Positions 36,065 through 44,960 of a stretch of 64,000 nucleotides of DNA are shown one piece after another. The notes below the pieces were generated by a model. It was not told the DNA's origin, did not search any database, and saw only the letters and a list, made by a program, of their open reading frames with translations. The first letter of the stretch is position 1; each line of letters opens with the position of its first letter. Position numbers and translations under genes: made by a program. Source of the stretch: an uncultured Rikenellaceae bacterium (GTDB taxonomy: Bacteria > Bacteroidota > Bacteroidia > Bacteroidales > VadinHA17); assembly GCA_964421975.1 (NCBI GenBank), contig CAYQZL010000004.1:818-64817 (forward strand), in the 5' to 3' direction.

Positions 36065-36098
36065 GCCCCATTATGGATCATAATGGGGCATTTTTTTT
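36065..36098 (+). terminator. Intrinsic terminator after gldJ
   Basis: gccccattatg-gat-cataatggggc followed by a and then eight T. It ends 10 nt before the murF ATG. Confidence 0.8.
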
Positions 36099-36107
36099 AA
36101 TAAGATA

Positions 36108-37397
36108 ATGACTGAACAGATTTACACACTTTTCAGAGAATCAAAAGGTTTATCAACCGATTCAAGAACTGTATCAGAGGGTCAGATGTTCTTTGCCCTC
36201 TGGGGAGAAAAATTCAACGGGAATAAATATGCTGCCGATGCCCTGAAAAAAGGAGCATCATGGGCAGTTATAGATGACCCGGCTTTCGAAACAGAAAAGA
36301 CCATTCTGGTTGATGATACTCTTGCTGAGCTTCAGAAACTGGCTACACATCACAGAAAGGAACTAAAATGCCCGCTTATCGCAGTAACCGGTACCAACGG
36401 AAAAACGACCACTAAAGAACTACTTGCTGCCGTCCTTTCAAAAAAATTCAGGGTCCATTATACAAATAAAAACTTCAATAACCAGATAGGTGTTCCGCTT
36501 ACAATCCTTTCTGCTCCGGAAGGTACTGAAATGATGATAATCGAAATGGGGGCCAGCCATATAGGTGAGATCCGGACATTATGCCTTATTGCCAGACCCG
36601 ATTACGGGATCATTACCAATATAGGTACCGCACATATTGAAGGTTTCGGATCATTCGACGGCGTCATAAAAGCAAAAACGGAATTGTTTGAATACCTCCG
36701 TAAGGTTAATGGCATCGCTTTTTACAACGACAAGGATAAGCTGATAAGCGAAAAGATATACGGTCTGGTAAACCGTGCAGTCCCTTTCTCGGGCCCTGCC
36801 GGAATACCTCTGAAAATCACTCCTGAACCTGCAGGCCTGAATCTCATACTGAATGTAAAGTATCAGAACAGTAAAATAAGGATCAGTACAAAGCTCTTCG
36901 GAAACTATAATACGGATAATATCAGGGCAGCTATGGCTACAGGGCTGTTCTTCGGGATTGCTTTAGACGATATTGCAGATGCTGTTGAAAGCTATGTGCC
37001 CGAAAATGACCGCTCACAGGTCCTGATTACTGAAAATAACACTATAATAAGTGATTCCTATAATGCAAATCCGGTAAGCATGAAGCTGGCTCTTGAATCG
37101 TTTGCTGCAATTGAGACCGAAAAGAAGCTATGTATACTGGGCGATATGCTTGAACTTGGTGACAGAAGCGAGGAAGAACATAAGAAGATACATAAAGTGC
37201 TTACCGATCATAACCTTCAGAACGTAATGCTGGCAGGTCCGGTATTTACAAAAGTATCAGCCGGATTCAGATTCAAGACTTTTTCAAATGTCAGCAGACT
37301 AAAGGAATACCTTAAGCTAAAACCAGTAAGAGGATATCATATACTTATCAAAGGATCGAGGGGAATGGCTTTGGAACAGATCTATGATCTGCTGTAA
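36108..37397 (+). CDS. murF: UDP-N-acetylmuramoyl-tripeptide--D-alanyl-D-alanine ligase
   Basis: 429 aa. P-loop GTNGKTTTKE and the Mur ligase layout. Confidence 0.9.
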   Translation: MTEQIYTLFRESKGLSTDSRTVSEGQMFFALWGEKFNGNKYAADALKKGASWAVIDDPAFETEKTILVDDTLAELQKLATHHRKELKCPLIAVTGTNGKTTTKELLAAVLSKKFRVHYTNKNFNNQIGVPLTILSAPEGTEMMIIEMGASHIGEIRTLCLIARPDYGIITNIGTAHIEGFGSFDGVIKAKTELFEYLRKVNGIAFYNDKDKLISEKIYGLVNRAVPFSGPAGIPLKITPEPAGLNLILNVKYQNSKIRISTKLFGNYNTDNIRAAMATGLFFGIALDDIADAVESYVPENDRSQVLITENNTIISDSYNANPVSMKLALESFAAIETEKKLCILGDMLELGDRSEEEHKKIHKVLTDHNLQNVMLAGPVFTKVSAGFRFKTFSNVSRLKEYLKLKPVRGYHILIKGSRGMALEQIYDLL

Positions 37398-37403
37398 TAT
37401 TTA

Positions 37404-38561
37404 TCAGTTCATGCCTGTACCTGTGAATTCCACATCTATCTGAAGCACTTCGGATCGCCCTGATGTTCTTACCCTCGGCCCCCACAAACCATATCCTGAA
37501 GAGACAATAATCTGGGTTTTACCTTTAAGGTGGTATCCATATCCTACTTCGAAAACTTTGTTAATGAGGAAATTGAGAGGCCACAGCTGCCCCTTATGTG
37601 TATGGCCGGATAGCTGAAGGTCGATACCGTTCTTTTCCGCTTCATCCAGTTGTGCCGGCTGATGATCCAGAAGGATCAAAGGATATGAATGATCGGCATT
37701 TTTTATTAGTTCTTCAACACTCATTCTCTTTTTTCCGGAATGTCTGAATGAATCTTTGTCAATTCTTCCGATAACCTGTATACCTCCCGGAAGGACAATC
37801 ATTTCATCTTTTATTATTCTGATTCCCTTACTCTCTATATAGGGAATGGTCCTTTCAGCTCCCCCGATATATTCATGATTACCTGTTATTGCAAAAAGTC
37901 CGTCTTTTGTATGAGGTCCTGTGAAATATTGCAGCAGATCACCTCTCAGAACCGGGCCAAGTTCCCCGTCAATAATATCACCCAGTAAAAAAACGGCATC
38001 AGGCTTCAGCTCTTCAAGAACTTCTGAAAGCTTTCTTATACTCCTTTTTCGTATAATACTTCCGAGATGAATATCCGAAACCGCAGCAATTCGCAGATTA
38101 TTTAATCCGTCTGCATGCTTTGCTATTTTTATTTCATATTTCTTCACCACAGGACTGACAGCATTGATGAATCCTCCCAGTATTAACAATAATGAAGCAG
38201 AAACGCTTATAATGAAAACCCATTTCCTGAATAAGGGAATATTGGCGGCCTGAAGAGTACCGGTCAGTTTCAGGATCATTAATAGTATATCGGAAAAAAG
38301 GAAGAAGATAAAGCCATAAAAAAGAAAAGCCAGCCAGAATCCGCCTGTAATGTTCAGAATATCGGAAAAGATAGTCGAATGTTTTGATTCCAGGAATTTG
38401 GCAGCAATGAAAGTTGCAGCAAGTATTATGAATACGAGGGTGTATAACAGCCTTCCGCTGCGGGGTATGAGATTATAACCCTTAAAGAAGAGATACAGAT
38501 TTCCAATAAAATAAATTGTAAATACAACTGTAAAGAATATTACGAACTGGGATACTTTCAT
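37404..38561 (-). CDS. Membrane-bound metallophosphoesterase (YkuE-like)
   Basis: 385 aa. About four N-terminal TM helices, then AAVSDIHLG, LLGDIIDG, GNHEY and GHTH. Confidence 0.75.
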   Translation of the reverse strand: MKVSQFVIFFTVVFTIYFIGNLYLFFKGYNLIPRSGRLLYTLVFIILAATFIAAKFLESKHSTIFSDILNITGGFWLAFLFYGFIFFLFSDILLMILKLTGTLQAANIPLFRKWVFIISVSASLLLILGGFINAVSPVVKKYEIKIAKHADGLNNLRIAAVSDIHLGSIIRKRSIRKLSEVLEELKPDAVFLLGDIIDGELGPVLRGDLLQYFTGPHTKDGLFAITGNHEYIGGAERTIPYIESKGIRIIKDEMIVLPGGIQVIGRIDKDSFRHSGKKRMSVEELIKNADHSYPLILLDHQPAQLDEAEKNGIDLQLSGHTHKGQLWPLNFLINKVFEVGYGYHLKGKTQIIVSSGYGLWGPRVRTSGRSEVLQIDVEFTGTGMN

Positions 38562-39583
38562 TAGGATATCAGTGTTTTGTAAGTTCTTTTCTTTTTGAGA
38601 TAAAACTCAAAAACCAGGAATTTGTTCAGTAGCAATCCTTCGGATTCCGACTGACCCAGTTTTTTGACGATGGTTCTTTTCTTTTTAAGTTGATCTAAAC
38701 TCCTGTAATAATGTACATGGGCTTTAAGAACAGCCAGAGAACTGCTGAATTGTCCCTTTGAAAAAAACCAGACTGCAGCAATACCGTCGAGTATTTTTCT
38801 TTTAAACAGTGTACTCCTCAGTGTTATGTCAGGCAGGTTTTTATAAAGCAGGAAGAGGCTGTTGCGGAAGTTCAGATATGTTTTAAGTGGAGAATCATAT
38901 GGAAGAGCTCCTCCTCCGACATGGAAGACAACCGTATCGGGTATGAAAGAGACACGATAACCGGCTTTATGGAAGCGCCAGCACAGATCTATTTCTTCCA
39001 TATGTGCAAAGAAAGCGGGATCGAAACCTCCGCACTTTTTCCAGGCAGCTGATCTGACTATCATGCAGGCACCTGTCGACCAGAAAATGTCTGCTGCCGA
39101 ATCATACTGACCGCTGTCTTTTTCTATCTCGAAAAGTATACGACCCCTGCAAAGCGGATATCCGTATTTGTCGAGAAAACCTCCTGCAGCTCCGGCATAT
39201 TCAAAATGATCCTTCCTGTTATATGAAAGTATTTTAGGCTGGCAGGAAGCTACATCAGGATTCCTGTCCATATGATCAACAAGATGATTGAGCCAGCCGG
39301 AGGTAACTTCTATATCTGAATTAAGAAGCACATAATATTGTGCTTCTATCTGTGATAGTGCAAGATTATAACCTTCGGCAAACCCGTGATTATATTCAAA
39401 CCGTATAAGCCTTACATCTCCGAATTCTGAAGCTATCCATTCACAGGACCCGTCAGTGGAACCATTATCTGCCACATATATACCGGTATCCGGTCCGGCA
39501 GTATGTTTTACAACACCCGGGAGGAACATTTTCAGGTACTTGAGACCATTCCAGTTCAATATGACCAATGCTGTTTTAGCCAT
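38561..39583 (-). CDS. Family 2 glycosyltransferase
   Basis: 340 aa. LVILNWNG, VADNGSTDGS and EEIDLCWR. Its stop overlaps the start of the downstream phosphoesterase gene (TAATG). Confidence 0.8.
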   Translation of the reverse strand: MAKTALVILNWNGLKYLKMFLPGVVKHTAGPDTGIYVADNGSTDGSCEWIASEFGDVRLIRFEYNHGFAEGYNLALSQIEAQYYVLLNSDIEVTSGWLNHLVDHMDRNPDVASCQPKILSYNRKDHFEYAGAAGGFLDKYGYPLCRGRILFEIEKDSGQYDSAADIFWSTGACMIVRSAAWKKCGGFDPAFFAHMEEIDLCWRFHKAGYRVSFIPDTVVFHVGGGALPYDSPLKTYLNFRNSLFLLYKNLPDITLRSTLFKRKILDGIAAVWFFSKGQFSSSLAVLKAHVHYYRSLDQLKKKRTIVKKLGQSESEGLLLNKFLVFEFYLKKKRTYKTLIS

Positions 39584-39596
39584 TTATTTTCCCGCT

Positions 39597-40460
39597 TTAA
39601 TATTTCCATCTCCTGTGGCTCCATAACCAGTATTCGGGCTTCTGGTTTATTATTTCCTCGAGCCTTTTTACATGTGTATCGGTTATAAGATATTCCGGCA
39701 ATCCTTTTGTATGTTCAAAAAGGAGTTCCATGGTATAAGTATAATAACCTCTGCGAACCTTCTGAATATTCAGAAACAGTACAGGCATATCGTATTTTGC
39801 AGCTATTTTTTCTGCTCCAAGGTATACCGGTGTATCCTGGTTCAGAAAGGTAGTCCTGTACTTTATTTCTGCCCTGGGTGGTGTCTGGTCGGATATAAGG
39901 CCGTATAGTGCTTTAATATTGTTCCTCCGGTTTGTAAGGATTTCTCTTACTATGTTGGCCATCGCGACAGGTTTACAAACATTACGTGATCTTATATTAA
40001 ACATAAACCTGTCGAAGTGCTTATTGTTCAATGGTCTGTAAACAGGGACATTAAGGTGTCTGGTAACAGCAGGTGAGATATTCGTCCATTCCCAGTTGCA
40101 ATAGTGACTGAAAATTACAACTACATCACGGCCTTCGTCGTACAGTCTGTTAAGCAGTTCAGGGTTTGTATAGTGCATACGTTCTGCAAGTTGTTCATTG
40201 CTCATATTGGTGAGCTTAAGGATCTCGACGATCAGGTCGCAGAAATGGTGGTAAAATTTCCTCCGGATTTTTGAACGTTCCTTATCACTTTTATCCGGGA
40301 ATGCATTTTTAAGGTTTGTTGCCACCACTTTTCGCCGGTAGCCGGGGAAATAACAGGCCAATGGGTACAGGAGATCGGAAAACAGATACAATACTCTCAG
40401 CGGCAATAGTGTAATGATCCGGTTTATTCCATAAAAGATATAGAATCCGACAGTTCCCAT
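39597..40460 (-). CDS. Lysophospholipid/lipid A late acyltransferase family protein (LpxL/HtrB-like)
   Basis: 287 aa. N-terminal TM helix and the HX4E motif in SHYCNWEW. Confidence 0.7.
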   Translation of the reverse strand: MGTVGFYIFYGINRIITLLPLRVLYLFSDLLYPLACYFPGYRRKVVATNLKNAFPDKSDKERSKIRRKFYHHFCDLIVEILKLTNMSNEQLAERMHYTNPELLNRLYDEGRDVVVIFSHYCNWEWTNISPAVTRHLNVPVYRPLNNKHFDRFMFNIRSRNVCKPVAMANIVREILTNRRNNIKALYGLISDQTPPRAEIKYRTTFLNQDTPVYLGAEKIAAKYDMPVLFLNIQKVRRGYYTYTMELLFEHTKGLPEYLITDTHVKRLEEIINQKPEYWLWSHRRWKY

Positions 40461-40470
40461 TCAACTTAAA

Positions 40471-41268
40471 TTATGTATGCATAAAATTACTCACAATTTT
40501 CAGAAATTCAGGATATAGCAGTTTATTGGATGCGATCACATCGGATCCTGAAAGGTTCTTTTGATCACCGGTGAAATCGCTTACCATTCCTCCGGCCTCT
40601 CTTACAATGATTGTTGCAGCTGCAATGTCCCAGGGATGAAGTCCGTATTCATAGAAAGTTTCAAACCTGCCGCACGCAACATAAGCCATATCAATTGCAG
40701 CCGATCCCAGTCTTCTTATCCCGTGAGTGGTTTTACAGAAATGTTTAAGGCAATCCATGAATTTATCAAGTCTGCCGAAATCATTGTACGGGAAACCGGT
40801 AGCCACAAGGCTTTCAGACAGGGAGCTTACACCCGATACATGAATGGGTTTATCGTTGAGCCATGCTCCTCCGTTTTTCCAGGCACTGAAGATCTCTGAT
40901 CCCAATACTTCATAAACGACTCCGGCAACCGGTTCATTATCTTCCATAAGGCCAATGCTTATGGCATAAGGATGAACACCGTGAACAAAGTTTGTTGTTC
41001 CGTCCAGAGGATCGATTACCCAGCAATATTTTGCGCCGTTTCCTGAAGATGTCCCTTCTTCTGCCAGGAAACCGGCTTCGGGAAGGATCTGTGCAAGCTT
41101 TTTTACAAGCATTTCTTCAGATCTTTTGTCTACATAACTTACAAGATCATGGAGTCCCTTTTTCTCTGTCCTCCGGATATCAAATACTTCAGATTCTGCA
41201 AGTATGAATTTCCCGGTCTCTGTTGCAGCTTCTGCCACTTCACTCACTATGGTCTTTAAATCTTTCAT
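40471..41268 (-). CDS. Inositol monophosphatase family protein
   Basis: 265 aa. WVIDPLDGTTNF and GSAAIDMAYVACG. Confidence 0.85.
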   Translation of the reverse strand: MKDLKTIVSEVAEAATETGKFILAESEVFDIRRTEKKGLHDLVSYVDKRSEEMLVKKLAQILPEAGFLAEEGTSSGNGAKYCWVIDPLDGTTNFVHGVHPYAISIGLMEDNEPVAGVVYEVLGSEIFSAWKNGGAWLNDKPIHVSGVSSLSESLVATGFPYNDFGRLDKFMDCLKHFCKTTHGIRRLGSAAIDMAYVACGRFETFYEYGLHPWDIAAATIIVREAGGMVSDFTGDQKNLSGSDVIASNKLLYPEFLKIVSNFMHT

Positions 41269-42580
41269 TATCGTTATTTAATTCAATCGTCATATTGCCT
41301 GAAGAAGAAATATCATGTAACCTGACTGCCCTTATACTTCCTGCCAGTTTAGCCTCCCATGGATATTCAACCCTGATGTAATTTCCCGTAAAACCATAAA
41401 TAAGTCCTTTGCTCCTTACATGTTCGAAGAGCACTTCTGCAGTTTTTCCCCTGTTCATTTCCCTGAATCGCTGCGCTTTCTTCTGAGAGAGTGCTATAAG
41501 TATTTTGCTTCTTCTGTTCTTTTCTTCAGGACTTACCTTTGCCGGCATTTTGTCAGCTTCTGTACCGGGCCTTGCGGAGAACGGAAATACATGCAGGTAC
41601 GAAACATACAGACCGTTAAGGAAACTGTAAGTCTCTTCAAAATCCTCTTCGGTTTCTCCCGGGAAGCCTGTAATGACGTCAGCCCCGATACCTGCAAGGG
41701 GGATTATTTCCCGGATACGGTTTACCCTTTCTGCAAATATGTCCCTTCTGTATCTCCTTTTCATGAGTCCCAGTATCCTGTCCGAACCGTTCTGCAGAGG
41801 TATATGGAAATGTGGCATGATCTTCGGTTCCGAGGAACATATACCGATAAGTTTGTCAGTGAGAAGATTGGGCTCAATTGATGATATTCTGAAACGTTCT
41901 ATTCCCCTGACCTTTACCATTTCCTCAAGAAGTCCCGCAAACGACTCTCCTGTTGATTTGCCGAAGTCACCGGTATTAACTCCTGTGAGAACGATCTCCC
42001 TGATGCCTTTTGCAGCAATTGCTTCTGCTTCTTCAACGAGTGTTCTTATTTCCGGATTACGGCTCCGGCCCCGGGCGAGCGGGATTGTACAATAGGAACA
42101 ATTGTAATCACATCCGTCCTGTATCTTCAGGAAGGATCGTGTACGGTCACCTGCAGACCAGGAATGTATGAATTTATCATTCCCGGAAAGTCCACAGGAA
42201 TGTATTTCAGCCCCGGGCTTCTTAACAGTATCAGTAAGAAATTTTGCAATATCAAATCTTTCATTGGTACCCAGGACCAGGTCGACACCTGGTATTGATG
42301 CAAGTTCTTCAGGTCTGAGCTGGGCATAACATCCTGTTACAGCTATAAATGCATCCGGTGAACGGTGTATGAATTTCTTTACCGCCTGGCGGCATTTTCT
42401 GTCAGCGACATCGGTTACCGTGCATGTATTGATTATATAAATATCTGCTTTCTGGCTGACAGCTACCCTTTCGAATCTGTCTTCCGGGAAAAGCCTGGCC
42501 AGAGTTGATGTTTCAGCGAAATTCAGCTTACAGCCGAGTGTATGAAATGCTATTTTTTTCTTCTGATACTGTTCATGCAT
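41240..42580 (-). CDS. mtaB: Radical SAM methylthiotransferase, MtaB-like
   Basis: 446 aa. N-terminal MTTase Cys triad (GCKLN, NTCTV, TGCY), the radical SAM motif CDYNCSYC, and a TRAM-like C-terminus. The MtaB versus MiaB/RimO assignment rests on size and layout only. Confidence 0.7.
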   Translation of the reverse strand: MHEQYQKKKIAFHTLGCKLNFAETSTLARLFPEDRFERVAVSQKADIYIINTCTVTDVADRKCRQAVKKFIHRSPDAFIAVTGCYAQLRPEELASIPGVDLVLGTNERFDIAKFLTDTVKKPGAEIHSCGLSGNDKFIHSWSAGDRTRSFLKIQDGCDYNCSYCTIPLARGRSRNPEIRTLVEEAEAIAAKGIREIVLTGVNTGDFGKSTGESFAGLLEEMVKVRGIERFRISSIEPNLLTDKLIGICSSEPKIMPHFHIPLQNGSDRILGLMKRRYRRDIFAERVNRIREIIPLAGIGADVITGFPGETEEDFEETYSFLNGLYVSYLHVFPFSARPGTEADKMPAKVSPEEKNRRSKILIALSQKKAQRFREMNRGKTAEVLFEHVRSKGLIYGFTGNYIRVEYPWEAKLAGSIRAVRLHDISSSGNMTIELNNDNERFKDHSE

Positions 42581-42593
42581 AATTTCTGCAGGC

Positions 42594-43277
42594 TTATTTT
42601 TTAAGCCTGGTTATATAGACATTCCTGAATTCGATGTCTTTGCCTTCGCTCTGCAGGCATATATGACCCTGCTTCAGTGTAATTCCGGTAGCCTTGTTCA
42701 TCAGAACGCCGTTCACCATCACATCGATATTGTCAGAGATACAAGTGACTTCCATTGTATTCCATTCGCCCACGGCTTTTTCAGTCGATTCAGCTTTTTT
42801 TGCCACAACGCGTGATGATTTATCAATCCTTTCATTCATATCTGATCCTCCCATACATACAAAATCTCCGGCATTACCTGCTTTTAACTGGCATTCAAAG
42901 CATGCGGGCCATATTGTATCGGGAAGCTGGGTATGAATAAAAACGCCGCTGTTTGACGCTTCAACCGGATATCTCCATTCAAGATGAAGAGTATAATCGG
43001 AATATGCTTCATTGGTTCTCATATATCCGAAAGGATCGCCTGTTATATGGATAACATCATTCTGAACTGTAAATACCTTTGAAGCATCAGCAGAAGGATC
43101 TCTTAGAAAGAATGACCAGTTGCTGAGATCTTTGCCATTGAAGAGAAGTATTTTTTCGGTGGCTGAAACAGTTCCGGCTGTTTCTTTTTTGGCTTTTGAA
43201 CGGCCACATGAGCTGAATGAAAATACTGTAACGACTGCTAACAGTATTACCGTAAGTTGTGCGGGTCTGGTTTTCAT
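42594..43277 (-). CDS. DUF1080 (3-keto-disaccharide hydrolase-like) lipoprotein
   Basis: 227 aa with the lipobox FSSCG. LFNGKDLSNW, NSGVFI and IEFRNVYI. Confidence 0.65.
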   Translation of the reverse strand: MKTRPAQLTVILLAVVTVFSFSSCGRSKAKKETAGTVSATEKILLFNGKDLSNWSFFLRDPSADASKVFTVQNDVIHITGDPFGYMRTNEAYSDYTLHLEWRYPVEASNSGVFIHTQLPDTIWPACFECQLKAGNAGDFVCMGGSDMNERIDKSSRVVAKKAESTEKAVGEWNTMEVTCISDNIDVMVNGVLMNKATGITLKQGHICLQSEGKDIEFRNVYITRLKK

Positions 43278-43329
43278 AGCGATTTGATTTTAATTTATTT
43301 ATATTGACAAATTCCTGGTATCACAGTTG

Positions 43330-44664
43330 TTATAGCAGCTTGCTGGCCAGTTCTGCAAGATAGCTGCGTTCTCCTTTCACAAGATTAACATGTGCAAAAA
43401 TATCCTGGTTCTTCATTTTATCCGACAGATAGCTTAATCCGTTTGAAGCCGTATCGAGGTAAGGGGAGTCGATCTGTTCAATATCTCCGGTAAAAACCAT
43501 TTTGGTGCCTTCTCCGGCACGGGTAATTATTGTTTTTATCTCATGAGGGGTAAGATTCTGGGCTTCATCCACTATGAAAAAGATGCTCGAAAGGCTTCTT
43601 CCCCTTATGTAGGCTAAAGGAGTGATCACAAGCTTTTCCTCTTTCATCATATCATTGATCCTTAGGAATTCAGGACTCTGATGACTGAATTTATGCTTGA
43701 TAACGGTAAGATTATCATAAAGTGGCTGCATATAAGGATCCATCTTTTCCTTAACATCACCCGGAAGGAAACCCAGATCGCGGTTTGCAAGCGGAACGAT
43801 GGGCCTCGCCAGGAAGATCTGCTTGTATCTTTTATGCTGTGCCAGTGCAGCTGCAAGCGCGAGAAGAGTCTTTCCCGTTCCTGCTTTGCCTGTAAGGGAT
43901 ACCAGCTGTACGTCTGGATTGGACAGTGCATCAATTGCAAAAGTCTGTTCCGCATTCCTTGGATCAATTCCGTATGTGGTCTGTTTTATCACCCTGTTCA
44001 GGAGTTTGTTAGCAGGATTATAATGTGCAAGTGCACTTGAACCATTATTCTTCATGATGAAGAACTGGTGCCCTTTCAGTTCAGGATCCAGACTGAACTC
44101 CGATGCACTTACCCCTTCCGGATAATCATATAACTTGCTGATCAGCGATTGATCCATACCTTCAATGACAGTAATGCCTTTATAAAGATCATCTATGTTT
44201 GCAACCTTGTCATTCTGATAGTCCTGAGCCACAATACCGAGGGATTTGGCTTTCATCCTCAGATTGATGTCTTTCGTTATCAGGACCACGGATTTGTTTT
44301 TATTGGCAGTGCAGACATAATCGGCAATTGCCAGGATACGATGATCTGAAGTCCTTTCGGGGAATGACTGGCTCACTTTATCCGAAAAGTCCTTTCCCGT
44401 CTCAATGTGAAGATTTCCCAGGTTTTCCCCCAGCGGAATATTGGCTGTAAGAAGCATGTCTCCCGATAATTTGTCAAGTTCCCTTGTAAACTCCCTGGCA
44501 TGAAAATTTATCTGATCATTTCCTTTTTTAAATTTGTCGAGTTCCTCCAATACTACTATGGGAATGATAACATCATTCTCCTCGAAATTGTAAATGCACT
44601 TGTAATCATGTAAAAGAACATTCGTGTCAATTATGAACAGTTTTTTATTATGTTTTTTCGGCAT
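43330..44664 (-). CDS. PhoH-family ATPase with an N-terminal PIN domain (YlaK-like)
   Basis: PIN motif FIIDTNVLL, Walker A GKAGTGKT and Walker B IFFIVDEAQN. The ATG at 44664 is preferred over the TTG track start at 44685. Confidence 0.85.
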   Translation of the reverse strand: MPKKHNKKLFIIDTNVLLHDYKCIYNFEENDVIIPIVVLEELDKFKKGNDQINFHAREFTRELDKLSGDMLLTANIPLGENLGNLHIETGKDFSDKVSQSFPERTSDHRILAIADYVCTANKNKSVVLITKDINLRMKAKSLGIVAQDYQNDKVANIDDLYKGITVIEGMDQSLISKLYDYPEGVSASEFSLDPELKGHQFFIMKNNGSSALAHYNPANKLLNRVIKQTTYGIDPRNAEQTFAIDALSNPDVQLVSLTGKAGTGKTLLALAAALAQHKRYKQIFLARPIVPLANRDLGFLPGDVKEKMDPYMQPLYDNLTVIKHKFSHQSPEFLRINDMMKEEKLVITPLAYIRGRSLSSIFFIVDEAQNLTPHEIKTIITRAGEGTKMVFTGDIEQIDSPYLDTASNGLSYLSDKMKNQDIFAHVNLVKGERSYLAELASKLL

Positions 44665-44722
44665 GTTTAAGAACTTAATTATCAAATTGATACAATATCA
44701 ATCCTCCTCCGGAGGTGAATTG

Positions 44723-44730
44723 CAAAAATA
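44723..44730 (-). promoter_or_regulatory. Candidate -7 box (TATTTTTG on the minus strand) for the PhoH/PIN gene
   Basis: The + strand reads CAAAAATA. It lies about 59 nt upstream of the ATG at 44664. Confidence 0.35.
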
Positions 44731-44780
44731 AAGAAAATATGGGATTGTTGGTATGGATGTTGAAAGTTAGTTATTTTGTA

Positions 44781-44825
44781 GTACTTAAAGTATTTAAAGT
44801 ACTTAGAGTACTTAGAGTACTTAGA
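44781..44825. repeat. 9-bp tandem repeat x5 (gtacttaaa, gtatttaaa, gtacttaga x3)
   Basis: Read directly from the sequence. Confidence 0.9.
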
Positions 44826-44870
44826 GTTTTTAACGTGGAACTCCGCTTTCGCCAGGGCTTAGGCTGGCAA

Positions 44871-44950
44871 ACACTGAAACACTGAAACACTGAAACTCTG
44901 AAACTCTGAAACACTGAAACTCTGAAACTCTGAAACACTGAAACTCTGAA
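44871..44950. repeat. 8-bp tandem repeat x10 (A = acactgaa, B = actctgaa, order AAABBABBAB), ending 10 nt before the folC ATG
   Basis: Read directly. An eleventh partial unit (acataatg) follows. Confidence 0.9.
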
Positions 44951-44960
44951 ACATAATGTA

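Noticed and set aside
43330-44685. PIN-PhoH protein as a toxin-antitoxin or phage-defence module
   Set aside because: This is a single fused YlaK-type housekeeping architecture that is widely conserved. It has no antitoxin partner and no defence-island context.
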